NCBI GenBank assembly: GCA_030141605.1
Contig: JAQGDQ010000147.1
Span: forward strand, 186,001 to 250,000
DNA from: Tubiluchus corallicola
Lineage: Eukaryota; Animalia; Priapulida
Reading direction: 5' to 3'
Length of the DNA stretch: 64,000 bases
Below are positions 13,401 through 24,710 of this stretch, piece after piece. A program made the translations under genes and the position numbers. How positions within the stretch are numbered: position 1 is the first letter of the stretch; each line of letters opens with the position of its first letter. The notes beneath the pieces are model-generated. The model saw only the letters and a list, made by a program, of their open reading frames with translations, did no database searches and was not told the DNA's origin.

Positions 13401-16400
13401 CTTTTAAATTTTTGACTATAATGAATATTCTCATCTTACACAATTAGTTACATATCTAGATAACTCCAACAAAACTTATCAGTGAGATTTTTCGTTTGAA
13501 GTTCAGTAGGCCTACATGGTAGGACTGCACATGAAAGACTGTCACTGTTCCATTAATGATTCTTGTAAAAGGTGCTGTCTTTTTCTAAACAATGCTACAA
13601 TTTCTTCACAGATGCTCTGTATTTTCTAGCAAAGTTGTATCCAAAAGGCCTATGAAAATTTGACATTATACTTAGTTGTTGTGAAAAGAAAAAAAATACA
13701 AATGTTGTTTGGTGTTACATTTGACTTTTACCTGAAAAAAGTACATATAAGAACATCCACATATATCCGTAAGGTTGCTTATGATGCGCTTGACTGCTAC
13801 TAGAAATATTTAAAACACTTGTAACCCACGGCAAGCTAATCCAGCTAGAGGACAGAAGAATAAGCAGAAGCAAAAAAGCCTTAAATTTGGTAATTGGTGA
13901 AATAACCTGAAATTAACAAAAGATGATAGAAAAAAATATAGTTTAGGTAAACAAAATGAACATATATATTAGTAAAAACCCATAAGAAGTCATTGATTTT
14001 TAAAAACACCAAGGTATATTTGTGTATTGTTATGGGCTTTAAGACAATTTTTCACAATATATAAATAATGAGACATTCAGAGTAAGAATAATAAAGTGTC
14101 AAGTACAGTTGTCTGGACTGGAGATTGGACATAAAAAAATGCATAATATTAGAATTATCAAGCGATGTCTGTCAAGAATTTTCAGAAAACATAACGAAAT
14201 AAACTAAAACGAGGAGTTGGTCTGCAAAGGGCCACAGCAATAGACTTTGAATTACTAATCAATTTATAAATTACAACTCAGAAAATTGCATTCAGCTGTA
14301 TTCCACCATATCAGCATCACAGTTGCATTTTTGTCATATATATTTTCGTCAGATAATTAGACGCAAAGGCTTATAGAACGAAAGAAATATTCTAATTCGT
14401 TACATAAGCAATCTAGCAGGAATGGCATATGCCATAATGCTAGGTTTGATCTAGATATGCTAAGTACCACACATTGCTTGTACAGTAAATGCAGTGCAAG
14501 TGTACTACCGTGGTTTTTCGATAAACCATGCGCATACAAGGGGTTACACCTTTTGATCTTGCAAGGGTGTTATTTAAACTCGTTAGCACAGCAAGTTCCT
14601 CTAGCAATTTTAGTCAATCTGAAGTTTCAGGTTTATTGAAACACACATCAACTATGCCTTTATGTGGAGTACTGGAATGTTCACTATGTTTAAATAAGTG
14701 CAGAAAAGTCAATGCATTCGTGCTCATCAATTTTAAGTTGCAAATTACAAGAAACAAAAAATTAACTATTGCAAATGTACGAACTGTTATTTATTTGAAA
14801 ACTGAATGCCTTACAATGATTTAATGTAGTGATTTTAGAACTAAGCGAATCTTACCTTTCCATAAATAAAATAACTCCACAGTGATAAGCTTGGCAGTGT
14901 TGTGCATTGAAGGCATACAAATACTGTAATAGGCTGAAAAAATATTTTTTGTTAAATGGTTAATAAGTTATAAAAGCAGGAAAATGTATATACACCATGG
15001 ATGCTTCGTAGATACATAAATTTGGGAGTGGCACCCACAAAATGCATTAAAAAGTACAAGTGCTTAAAAATTACGTCATGGTCAGACTATACAGAGTCAG
15101 ACAAACTTCTACATATAACCCATACATTGCATTCTAATGTACATTTACAACAAAGTCGACATGTCATCACAAATTCTCAATAGCTAGTCAACCAAGTTTA
15201 TCTGGATGTAAGAACTATCCTTCTTAATGCTTAATGAGCACAAAACAAATGCAAAAACAAAATTTGCACTTACCTTTGTAAATAAACACAGCATGGTATC
15301 AGTGTAACTCAAATGGCTTTGTGTCATTTGATTTAAAATTTTGATTTAATTTTTGAGGTGAAACAAGCACTCATTAGCAGAGGTAGGATACAACACGAAA
15401 TCTCATTTATTTCTGATATGTTTTAAAGTGTCATGTAGTTCACTGAAAGCATGGAAAAGACATGCTATCGAGTAGTCTGAGCTTTAACAATTAATGGTTA
15501 TTAAAAATATTAATGATAATAAAGCTTCTTCCACAATTACGAAATGCAATCTAAATACGAACAATACTATGATTGACAAACCACTTGATTCACTTCATAT
15601 AGGCTGCTTATGATGGATAGCAGTGATGGTACTAATCTACTACAAAAGTTCATAGCTACAACGTTAGGTTAATTTATGATAACACAATGTGTTGTTCAAA
15701 AACTGCAATGCTGAGGTACAATACTTACCAGTTTAGACAATGCCACAGATCCAGCATAAATGGAAATAGTATACAATGCTGCGCCTGGAACTAGATAAAA
15801 CAACTGCTCCCTATATGTACAAGAAAGAAGATCATATAAGCATAAAATCATCAAATGACTTCTTACAATCAATTACCACAAAATTTTACAAGTGATAATT
15901 AAGCCAAATGTACAATGTAAATGTGCAGTTGTACTTAGACACTGTTAATATCAATACTACATTTTGTTTTATAACTTGTATGACATTTGTGAAAATTCAT
16001 GTTGTGAATTTTGAGTTGAGCTTAACAGTTACGGATATATCTGTTAACAATTAACTGGATAATCTTGAAAGTTTTAAATTTAAACAATGTCTTCTAAAAG
16101 GCTTATTGAGAGAAGTCTTTATTTTATATGTATTTGGTACATATCTGACTAATAATTATTTAACAGAGCTGCACAACAAGCAGTTAAATTTTATTTTAAC
16201 AGGGAACTAGGCCCAATTTTAAACTATATAGCTCAAAATAATCTAATACACAGAATACTGAAAGAGAACTTATGAATGATTTATGTGAAAGAATTATTAT
16301 CCCAGAAACCTAATTTTGCATATGTGCTGTTCATTTTTCACAATTGTATGAGTTTTGTTATTCCAGCTAGATGGGCACTATTATCCTGGATTTTAGAAGT

Positions 16401-17713
16401 GTGTTGCAGAAAATAAAGGTGCTGTACTTGATCATAAGTACACAGTCCAGTTGTGATGTGCGTATGCACATTTTTGAGAATTGAAATGTTAGTTTGCTAG
16501 GATTTTGTGTATCATAATTATTAATCAATATTGTACAGTGGCACTGTATTTCGAATTTCATTTTCGCAAACACGTGCAATGCATTCGCGGAATGTTTGTG
16601 CCGTTAAAAAATTATGTTCAGTTGTGAAGCAGCTAAGCAATTGTTTAATTAAACAAACATTTTGTCATTATTCTACATATAAAAGTTATACTTCTTACTG
16701 TAGTTCAAAATAGCATAAGATATAAAAAGTTGTCGAGCTTTCCTTTAATATTTGTTACAGTGCTGATAATGGTCTCACAACCAAAATATTTGTTGGTCTA
16801 CTATTCATCTAATTTACGTTTGTCAGATTACAAATACAACTTGCTTACCTTGAAAAAAATGAGTAGTGAATTTCTTCAATTTTGCCACATCTGATCAAAG
16901 TATAGATGAAAGCAGCAGCAAAAAATGTTTGCCACCTATGATCAAAATAAGTAAAATTTATTAGTTTCGTTGATAACATATTATTATATGAAGCATTGCT
17001 TAAAGAAGAAGATAATTCAATTTACCAAGGGCAACACTGAAGATCTACAGCTGCACAAAATTGTGATTATACACGTGTACATCTGCATTACAACTCTGTT
17101 TAGCTGTTACAGATTGTGACTATAAAACACAGGTTTAGCTATACTACATTTTGAAAGGACAATATTGTCTAATTATACAGCAATAACACATTTTATAAAA
17201 CACAGCTTTATAACTTTTTATTTACCACAGTAATTACTTACCCCTGGAATATTGTTGGGTAAGTGAACTTTAACACAGACAACACATACTGAAAACAAAA
17301 ACAAAACAAAGATTTAAATGTGGTAAAAGCCAACACAAAAATTTCAAAACTACAGTTAAGCAGTGCTCATATTAAGGTAACTGTACTAAAAGCAAGTGCA
17401 GCAACCTACCTTGTAGATTGGAATGCTCAGTAAGTCAAATATAACTAAAAGGAGATGTAAAAAGTGAGAAATGTGTCTAGTTTGGAAATGACGACAATTG
17501 ATTTGCAACTCCAATGCCACGACCACTAAATTCCGCATAAGTGTTTTTTAATCAAATCAGATGTCAATTCAAGCTCAACTGCAGACCATACCAATTTGCC
17601 TCACACTTTCAAAGCATTAACTAGCATCTAGTTTCCATTACCTTGTTTACAAAAAGGGTCCCCATGTAAAGGAAAGAGAAAGCAGCTAGTGGTAAATACT
17701 TCGATAGTTCCAT
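10478..17713 (-). CDS. TMEM241: TMEM241 / SLC35D4 nucleotide-sugar transporter family, about 335 aa; exons 17713-17642, 17288-17242, 16935-16849, 15810-15729, 14933-14856, 13906-13732, 13319-13271, 13132-13097, 12896-12862, 11870-11801, 11462-11360, 10783-10704, 10571-10478
   Basis: Phase-consistent GT-AG exons. Diagnostic peptides NKYVLSVLKFTYPTIFQGWQT, IYAGSVALSKL, GYMW, SYIFSVIIL and GDVLAAQQFPFLYFTRFYIGCLASGLFG match recalled human TMEM241. In-frame alternative ATGs at 17728 and 17734. Confidence 0.9.
10998..11125. repeat. Copy of a dispersed SINE-like family (other copies at about 541-640, 18633-18780, 25930-25958)
   Basis: Shared TTTACCTYAYAGAGGGAGGA motif, identical 20-mer at 18633 and 25930. 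The 11000 and 18633 copies also share a downstream AGAYAC(A)TCTGCCRGTTMAGTG-like segment. Confidence 0.6.
12163..12283. repeat. Imperfect (CA)n/(CATG)n microsatellite
   Basis: Runs of cacacac and catgcacg. Confidence 0.8.
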
Positions 17714-19371
17714 TGTATAAGTCTTCATGTACATTCCAAAATCTTAGACTAAAAACAAATAAAAATAAAAAATAAGAAGCAAAACACTTATTCATATATT
17801 TTATAGAAAGATTTGACTTTTTTATGTAAAATATTATGTGCTTTTATTAAAAAGCGCACAAGTTATTTATATTTTGCAAATGTTACTATAATTCTTTCCT
17901 TACTAAAACAATATCAGAAAATTTGTTAGACATACTTTTTACATAAACGCAAAACAACAACTTACCTTTCTGCATTGCCACTGCAGGACTTTTATGCATA
18001 CCTAAACCACAAAAACTAGCTTACAGTTAAATGTTATCTGCAAATCACAAATCAATTTTCAGTTTTACAAGCACAAACACATTTGTTCGTGAAATGTTGC
18101 TGTTCAAGATAAAGATGGTAGCAATGATGCCAGGAGACAGCAAACTGATGCGTTTATCTAATGTGCATGGGTTTGAGCTGAAACTTGCAAACAACTTTCC
18201 ACGCCATAGGAAAAACTGTTCTTTTGATAACAGTACAGATAATTTGGCTAACTTTGAACAAGTAAACATACTAATGAATAAGTTAAATTACATATTTGAT
18301 ATAATCGCTGGAATTGTTCGGGTTCCCATCACTCTAGTTGAAATAAAACCTTGGTAGACAAGTCACTGTTTGATACAGTTGTTTCCTTTATGTAATGGAA
18401 TGATCAGCAGCTAACCCATTTCTTTTGATATCACGTTGAAGCCTAGTGATTTTTAACTTGAATCATTTAACAGTAGACATTTAGGATATCAGAGGCATGA
18501 TGCACATGGCGTCGAATTTGGGGACCGAAGCTAAGAATAGCACTGACGCCCTTGAACTTAGTCAATGAATGAAGGTAAATCAGTTCAACACTTGCTCAGG
18601 CAGTTTCATTTACCACATACCGATTCTGGGTGTTTACCTCATAGAGGGAGGACGTATATATCTTATAGAACTGAACTTGGCCGAGACACATCTGCCGGTT
18701 CAGTGTTTCATCATAAAGAGATATGTTGGTTATATTTGAGAGACCAGCCTCGTCATGACCTGCAAATGAGTAAAACCTGCCACTGAATGCAATATTCGAG
18801 CTAGCAATGTCCTAAACCGTGATAAAAATCATCACAAATCTACTTGGGTAGAATTTGGGTTGCAACACTGCACAGGTAAATTAGACAAAATGAGCAAAAC
18901 CAGACAACAACTAATGAGATGTCTATTCAAAAATTATTGTTTACATTGCACTGGTGCCTTGATACCCAGTTTATTCTTTTAGTATTTAAAGAATGTGGTA
19001 CATTCTTGCCTGTCATATTAGCTGTCTGCTAGACTTTTTAATATTAGAACCCGAATAAATGTTTGTTAAGAATGTAGATTAACATTAACATCATACATGT
19101 GAACATGCTGATAGATTATTTTCTCTAGTTATCTCAAAGTGAAACTGCCTTACCAGGCAACTTGGACAGTGCAAATTACTGCTAAGGTTAAGAAAAATCT
19201 GATAAATATACCACTGTTGATTTTCTAAATTGTGCAGGTAATAATAAAATGTTGCATATTATAATTCGTACATTGTACATGTGTCTGATATAATTATAGC
19301 CTCGGTATACAACGAAAACAAATGGATACTAACAAACTGCCTTTGCTGTCCCTGTAAAAGATCAAGTACTC

Positions 19372-19506
19372 AATTAAGGCTGAGTAGACCTAGAAAAATG
19401 GTCATAAAGTTCTGAAAAAAGGTATGTGACTCAAAAACATATATGGATTCAAACCTAGAATCCCTGGATTAGCAACTAAGTACTACAACACTTGGTCACT
19501 ACACCT
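19372..19506 (-). mobile_element. tRNA-derived SINE fragment
   Basis: Reverse complement shows a tRNA-like head (TAGTGACCAAGTG...GGTTTGAATCC) and CTAGGTCTACTCAGCCTTAATTGAGTACT, shared with the copy at 35254. Confidence 0.6.
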
Positions 19507-20052
19507 TTCTGAAATATTTCGTACTTATTACTAGGACTTCATGTGTATCCTTAAAATGTATGTATAATTTTATTGTGATGTGCACGTACAACTTAGATAT
19601 AGGAAAGATAAAATAATACGCCAAATAAAAAATTCATTAGTCTAGCACATAGTAGACTAGTATAGTTTAGTTTTGGGGCCTCCAAAGCTAAGGTTTCTTG
19701 GTCTGCCCTAAAACATGCACTACGAAATAATATAGTATCATGAAAATGTTGTCTGATATAAATAATACTAATGACGCACAGTACAATAAAATACATACAG
19801 CAATGCAACTATTCAGAAAACATTATAGTTTTAAAATACTAAAATTTAATGCGTAACTATACATGTACAAATTTTTTTATAATGAGAAAATTCCAAGCCG
19901 ATGTCTGATCTCATGAAAATTTAAGACTAAGGCTAACAACAAGCAAAGCTCAAGTACTTCCAAAAATATTTCAAGACAAGTCTTATTAATTCCCTAGCAC
20001 TATGTATCTCCGAATGTCTCTTTTCAATGCATACTTAGTGATTACTAATTAG

Positions 20053-20814
20053 TTATCTCTTTCTTTCTTGAACCCATTTATACACAGCAGCAGAAGACTT
20101 TGTTTCATCTCTAACTTTTGTGAACTGTTGCTTTTTCTCCATCAATTGTTTTTTCACTTCCATTTTCTGCACGGTTACACTAAGCTCTGACTCACGTTCT
20201 ATCCGCTTGACCAGTTCCTTATACTTCTTCTTTCGTTCTTTGGAAATTGTTTCTAATAACTTCTTATCTACAGAGCTAGCTAGGTTTTTGCACTTAAGGT
20301 CATCAAGACGTGGTATATTATAAGTTCTATTCAGCAGTTCAGGTGCTGTTCCCAAATGTCTTGCCACATCAAAGCATTTAATATCCTTTCTGGTATCAAC
20401 AAAAAATGTGTGTTTGTTTTTTGGCTTTCTGTCCACATCAAGTAAATGAAGCTCTGATTTTAGTTTTGCAATTTTTTTGCGCTCTGTGGATAATTTAAGT
20501 TTTACGTAATTGATATCCTGATGCTGCATGAGCCTCATTTGTTCGGTTGTCAGTTCCTCAAGTTTTTCCACTTCTTGGTGCTCACCATCTTTCAGTGAAC
20601 TATTTATCATCTTAAAATAGAATTCATCCGGATTTTTATCTAGTGCTTTTTGTCGCAATTGTTTCAAGCGCTGTTGTTTGGTCTGGTAATCCCTCGCACG
20701 TAGTTTGTAATCTTTCTTCTTTTCCAACAAACCCAAATGCATTCGACTTGCCAATTGTCCTCGCTCTCTGTGTGTATGCTGGTGTGACTTGTGCGCATTT
20801 TTGAAATTTGACAT
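20053..20814 (-). CDS. UTP11: U3 snoRNA-associated protein 11 (SSU processome), intronless CDS, 253 aa
   Basis: MSNFKNAHKSHQHTHRERGQLASRMHLGLLEKKKDYKLRA, KALDKNPDEFYFKMIN, NKHTFFVD and C-terminal VYKWVQERKR are Utp11 hallmarks. The longer ORF start at 20883 runs through a polypyrimidine tract and acceptor (AG at 20862-20861). Confidence 0.95.
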   Translation of the reverse strand: MSNFKNAHKSHQHTHRERGQLASRMHLGLLEKKKDYKLRARDYQTKQQRLKQLRQKALDKNPDEFYFKMINSSLKDGEHQEVEKLEELTTEQMRLMQHQDINYVKLKLSTERKKIAKLKSELHLLDVDRKPKNKHTFFVDTRKDIKCFDVARHLGTAPELLNRTYNIPRLDDLKCKNLASSVDKKLLETISKERKKKYKELVKRIERESELSVTVQKMEVKKQLMEKKQQFTKVRDETKSSAAVYKWVQERKR

Positions 20815-21279
20815 TTTTATAAATACGTGTGGAAAAATGGATTCCGGCTTAGCAATTAAACTGAAATACAAATATGATGACATGAGAATTGAATTTCAAA
20901 ATTTAGATGCGATTAGCCAACCTTCCATAAGTTTGTAACTGTAAGTAGAAGATCTTAGGCAAAGAAGCCGTAGTTGAGAAATGAAACTTTTCATCACGTT
21001 TCATGAATTTCCATTCAAATTATAGGAACACTCGGAATGTAAAATGCTGACTAACATTAATAATTAATTAACTGTTAACTTTTATGATAACAAATAAAAA
21101 TAATATAATTTAATGTTATTTTAATAAGTGTTATTAGTAGCCTACAATTACAGGCACAGAACATGAAGGAGATGTTCCTCTCACCACACTGATAAAAGAA
21201 AAAATTGTGCAACACGGGAATTCTTTACTTTGTAAAACACGTGCTCCAAAGTTTAGTGAGTGCTTGAGTGAGCATGCAT

Positions 21280-22720
21280 ACCCTACACTCAATGTAGAGC
21301 GCCGAGTAATCCACTAGCCGAAGTCGGACACTTCCGGTAAAACTGGTATGTGCTAAATTTGCGGAAAAGCAGTGTCGCACATGGGCAGCCCAAGTATGAC
21401 ACTGGCGATTTCTGTCGAGAATTATGAAATAATGAAACGTAAAACTAAATTTGTTTTAGAAAAAAGTAACTTTATTGTCAAGATACTCCTTGACAATTTA
21501 CAATGTATTTTTTACAATAATATCATCATTATTATTATTAGCTCCATTAACATCATCATAACATTAAACTAAGTATCTAATGTTTGAAAGAGAAACTATG
21601 TAGGGCACATAGCTCGCTAGTCCGCTTACTTAGTAGAAAACAATTATCTGTCCAAGAGGTAGTGAAACGGATCACCTGTCTGTGATGCGAGACAAAATAA
21701 AAATGATGATATACTTAAAGCAAATGTTGGAATCGCCTGGGCTTATTTCACTTCAAAAAGATTAATATCGAAATCAAATTTAATATTGGCCATTTTACTA
21801 ACTCAAAATAATATTCTTTTATTTTTTTGTTTATTTTTATTACCAGATGTATAATAAATTCTTCAAAGTTTTTGACGTTTTCAATTATTATTATTAAATA
21901 AACAAGGACGAGGGGTGCTGGCAGCATGGTTAACGACTCGATTTGTGACCTGTCTCTACTTTTGTAGCCCATGTACTAGGGGTGAGCATCGAACGTTCGA
22001 GTTCGAACGTTCGAATCGAATTCGAACGCTCGAATTCGATTCGAACGAGTTTTTTAGTTTGAACTCTATTCGAATGCAAAACTATAGATTCGAATAATTC
22101 AGCACTTCAATCACACATGCTCTTTATCACTAAAATGATTAAAACATCATGAAATTAGCATAATTTAGCTGTGATTCCTGCTCACAATTTTAAAGAAATT
22201 ACTAATCGTTTTATTGCAGAACAAAATCTAGTGATATGCATGATCTTTGTAAGACAAATGTTTGCTGGTGGTTCGAAAACTTGTTCGAAAATCTTTCGAT
22301 CTCAATTCGAATTCGGTTCGAATTCGAAACACTGAAGTTTCGGTTCGAATTCGAAAGTCACAAATTCGGTTCGATTCGAATTCGCTTTCTGGTAGAGAAT
22401 GCTCACCCCCTACCATGTACGACGCGTCTTAATTGGGCTAGTCCATGTACGCCGATTGTCCTACTTCGGCTAGTGGATCACTCGGCGCCTAACAAACAAC
22501 TTTTTGGCGCGTTTTATCGTTCGCTCGCTGATGATGCGCTGATCACAAACACATAAACCACAAACGATCAAGAAGCGTGCAGTAAGTAGCGGTACAGTTT
22601 TTGTTTTCGCAACACAGTATATAATACATTCCTGGTTCGTTTTTGGTCATAGTAATCTTCATTATGTACTAGAAAAAGCTGCATTTTTTTACTTCTGAAG
22701 CGTTCACTTCATTTTAGGTA
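21280..22720. promoter_or_regulatory. CpG-enriched bidirectional promoter region between UTP11/TMEM241 (minus) and the class II PRS (plus)
   Basis: Local CpG enrichment in a CpG-poor window. ETS-like ACTTCCGGT at 21330-21338, E2F-like TTTGGCGCG at 22503-22511. Candidate first-exon donors at 21281 (minus, AGG/GTATGC) and about 22582 or 22718 (plus, GTAAGT). Confidence 0.6.
21977..22412. mobile_element. hAT-family MITE, 436 bp, with perfect 8-bp TSD
   Basis: TSD CCATGTAC at 21969-21976 and 22413-22420. TIRs TAGGGGTGAGCAT and ATGCTCACCCCCTA. Dense subterminal TTCGAA/GAATTC palindromic repeats. Confidence 0.9.
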
Positions 22721-24099
22721 AGTTCTGTACTACAAGTCTATATATTATTTTATAAGGAATACGTAACATAGATTGGTACTGTATATATTTTGTGTATATG
22801 CACTTTTTTTCTGCGTGCGTCTTTGATTTTTGGCGTATTTGCCCTTCTGCGTCCCCTCAAACTTTTCTTTTGCATGTTTTTCTTAATTTTAAGAATTAAT
22901 TATTGTAATTATACCTATTTTGTAGTCTGTAACAAATTCCTTTTATAGTTGAATTTATCTTTCCCTGTCTTGCGTGTCGAATTGTCTAACTTGTGTTCTG
23001 ATTAAGTGATGAATAGAATAAAAATGTTTGAGTCACTACTCACTTTATCATGTAAGACTAAGGGCATTGTTTGACTTTAACTTTAAGTTTAAGCGTTGTG
23101 ACCTCACTTCATGAACTAACTCTTGTGCAGCTTTACTCATGTTTTGTGTAGTGTCATTTAACTGGTTTGTTGCACTAGAGATCTCGTTTTCTAGATCTAC
23201 CTTCATCGGTTCAGGGGGTGGTAGTTGAGTTGTAGTCGGTATATTACAAATGTCTTCTGCTGCTTAATTACATTGAGCTGTTTCAATCGTCTCTTCTAAA
23301 TTCTGAGGCATTCGAATGAGATGTTTATGAATAGTATCTAAGTATAGATATTAGCTAGTAGGTGCAACCAAATCTGTTGGCGTATTTTATCCTGTTTGAT
23401 AATGCACAGTTTCCCCTTTAACTAATTTAAACAATAAATCAGAGTCTGTAACAGACAAATCCAAATTCACAACTCATTCTAGTTCGTTAATATGGTTTCT
23501 AAAATCCTCAGACATAGTTCCCTCACCTGCGAATTTTGGCATGTCTTTTAACTGTTGAATGACATTGAATGTGCCCAAAGCTATTAATTTGAGCGCCTAA
23601 TTTTTTGAGTTTGATTAACTCTTCCAATAAAATGAGTTAAAGTATCAGTAACATTAGGTGGGTAAAGGTAGCTCCTAGTAAGGGGTTCCTAGGACTAATT
23701 GCAATAGAGCTTTTTTCTTCAGATTTCGTTAAAACATGATTTTGGGTACCCTCAACAAAAAATCTGCCAAAATCGGCTTTGGTACTTTAGAGATATATGC
23801 ATGAATCCAAGATGGCATCTACTGGGGCCAAAAATTTGTTATATCTCTACTGCACCTAGATGAAAAACAGCTATTATCGACTGATAGGAAAGTGCACCCG
23901 AGGATTCCAAAAATGGGGTCGTTTTTTATCTGTGACGTTATGATGGCATCGCAATACTATTATGACGTAATTAAGAACATCACTGCTTCATTGCTGTTGA
24001 AAATGGGCAGCTGGAATTGATCTTTCAATATCAGTACTTGCAACAGCATTTAAAATCAGTTACAGATTGACCTGGCTTGTAATCAGTGTTCATACACAT

Positions 24100-24710
24100 T
24101 ATTTCCTTGGCATCTAGATGCCTTTTGAGTGCTTGGCAGTGGCAATCAACACATGGAAGGAAGCGCTGTCGTTAGCTAGGTCCATCATGTGATGCCAATT
24201 GGTGCCTTGTTGGGGTGGAGGTGGTTCGCAGAGGCAGGAGGCAGCAAAAAGATGTCTGGCTGAGACAGACTCGTCCAGTAAAGCCACATGTGCCTGATTA
24301 GACTAAGATTAGACTGATTAGACATTGCCTGATAATTGTAGTCACTGGAAATGAGTTACTTGCTGTTCAGTATTCTTCTTTGGTGTCAAAGTGAAACTTG
24401 GAGACACAAAATAAGACGCACAGGTCAGTTCATTGGAAGGACCCGGCACCTGAGCCATCAGTCGAAATACTGTACTGCCATACAACAAAATCGGCATCAC
24501 ACAGCTGTCCAGTAGGTGGAGTTATGTTTGGGTTATCGAGCAGATACATGAACCGAACCTTAAGAACCGAACCTTAACATGGGGGAGGTAGAACCTTTTC
24601 CGTACTTTTTGTCGTGTTTGGCATTCTGCAAGCCTGGTCGCAAACCAGGATCTGCCGGATCATTTATTCACACACAACTGAAGATGACAAAGTCCTGCTG
24701 GATGTAGTTT
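24100..24710 (-). mobile_element. RTE-type LINE remnant in PRS 5' intron
   Basis: Minus strand at 24465-24515 reads LLDSCVMPILLYGSTVF, similar to the post-RT PILLYGSETW motif; no intact ORF. Confidence 0.5.

Noticed and set aside
20815-20883. N-terminal extension of UTP11 (276-aa ORF)
   Set aside because: It spans a splice-acceptor tract; the conserved start is MSNFKNA at 20814.
21990-22390. Repeated TTCGAA palindromes resembling a CRISPR or operator array
   Set aside because: No constant repeat-spacer period; they are subterminal repeats of a hAT MITE bounded by TIRs and an 8-bp TSD.
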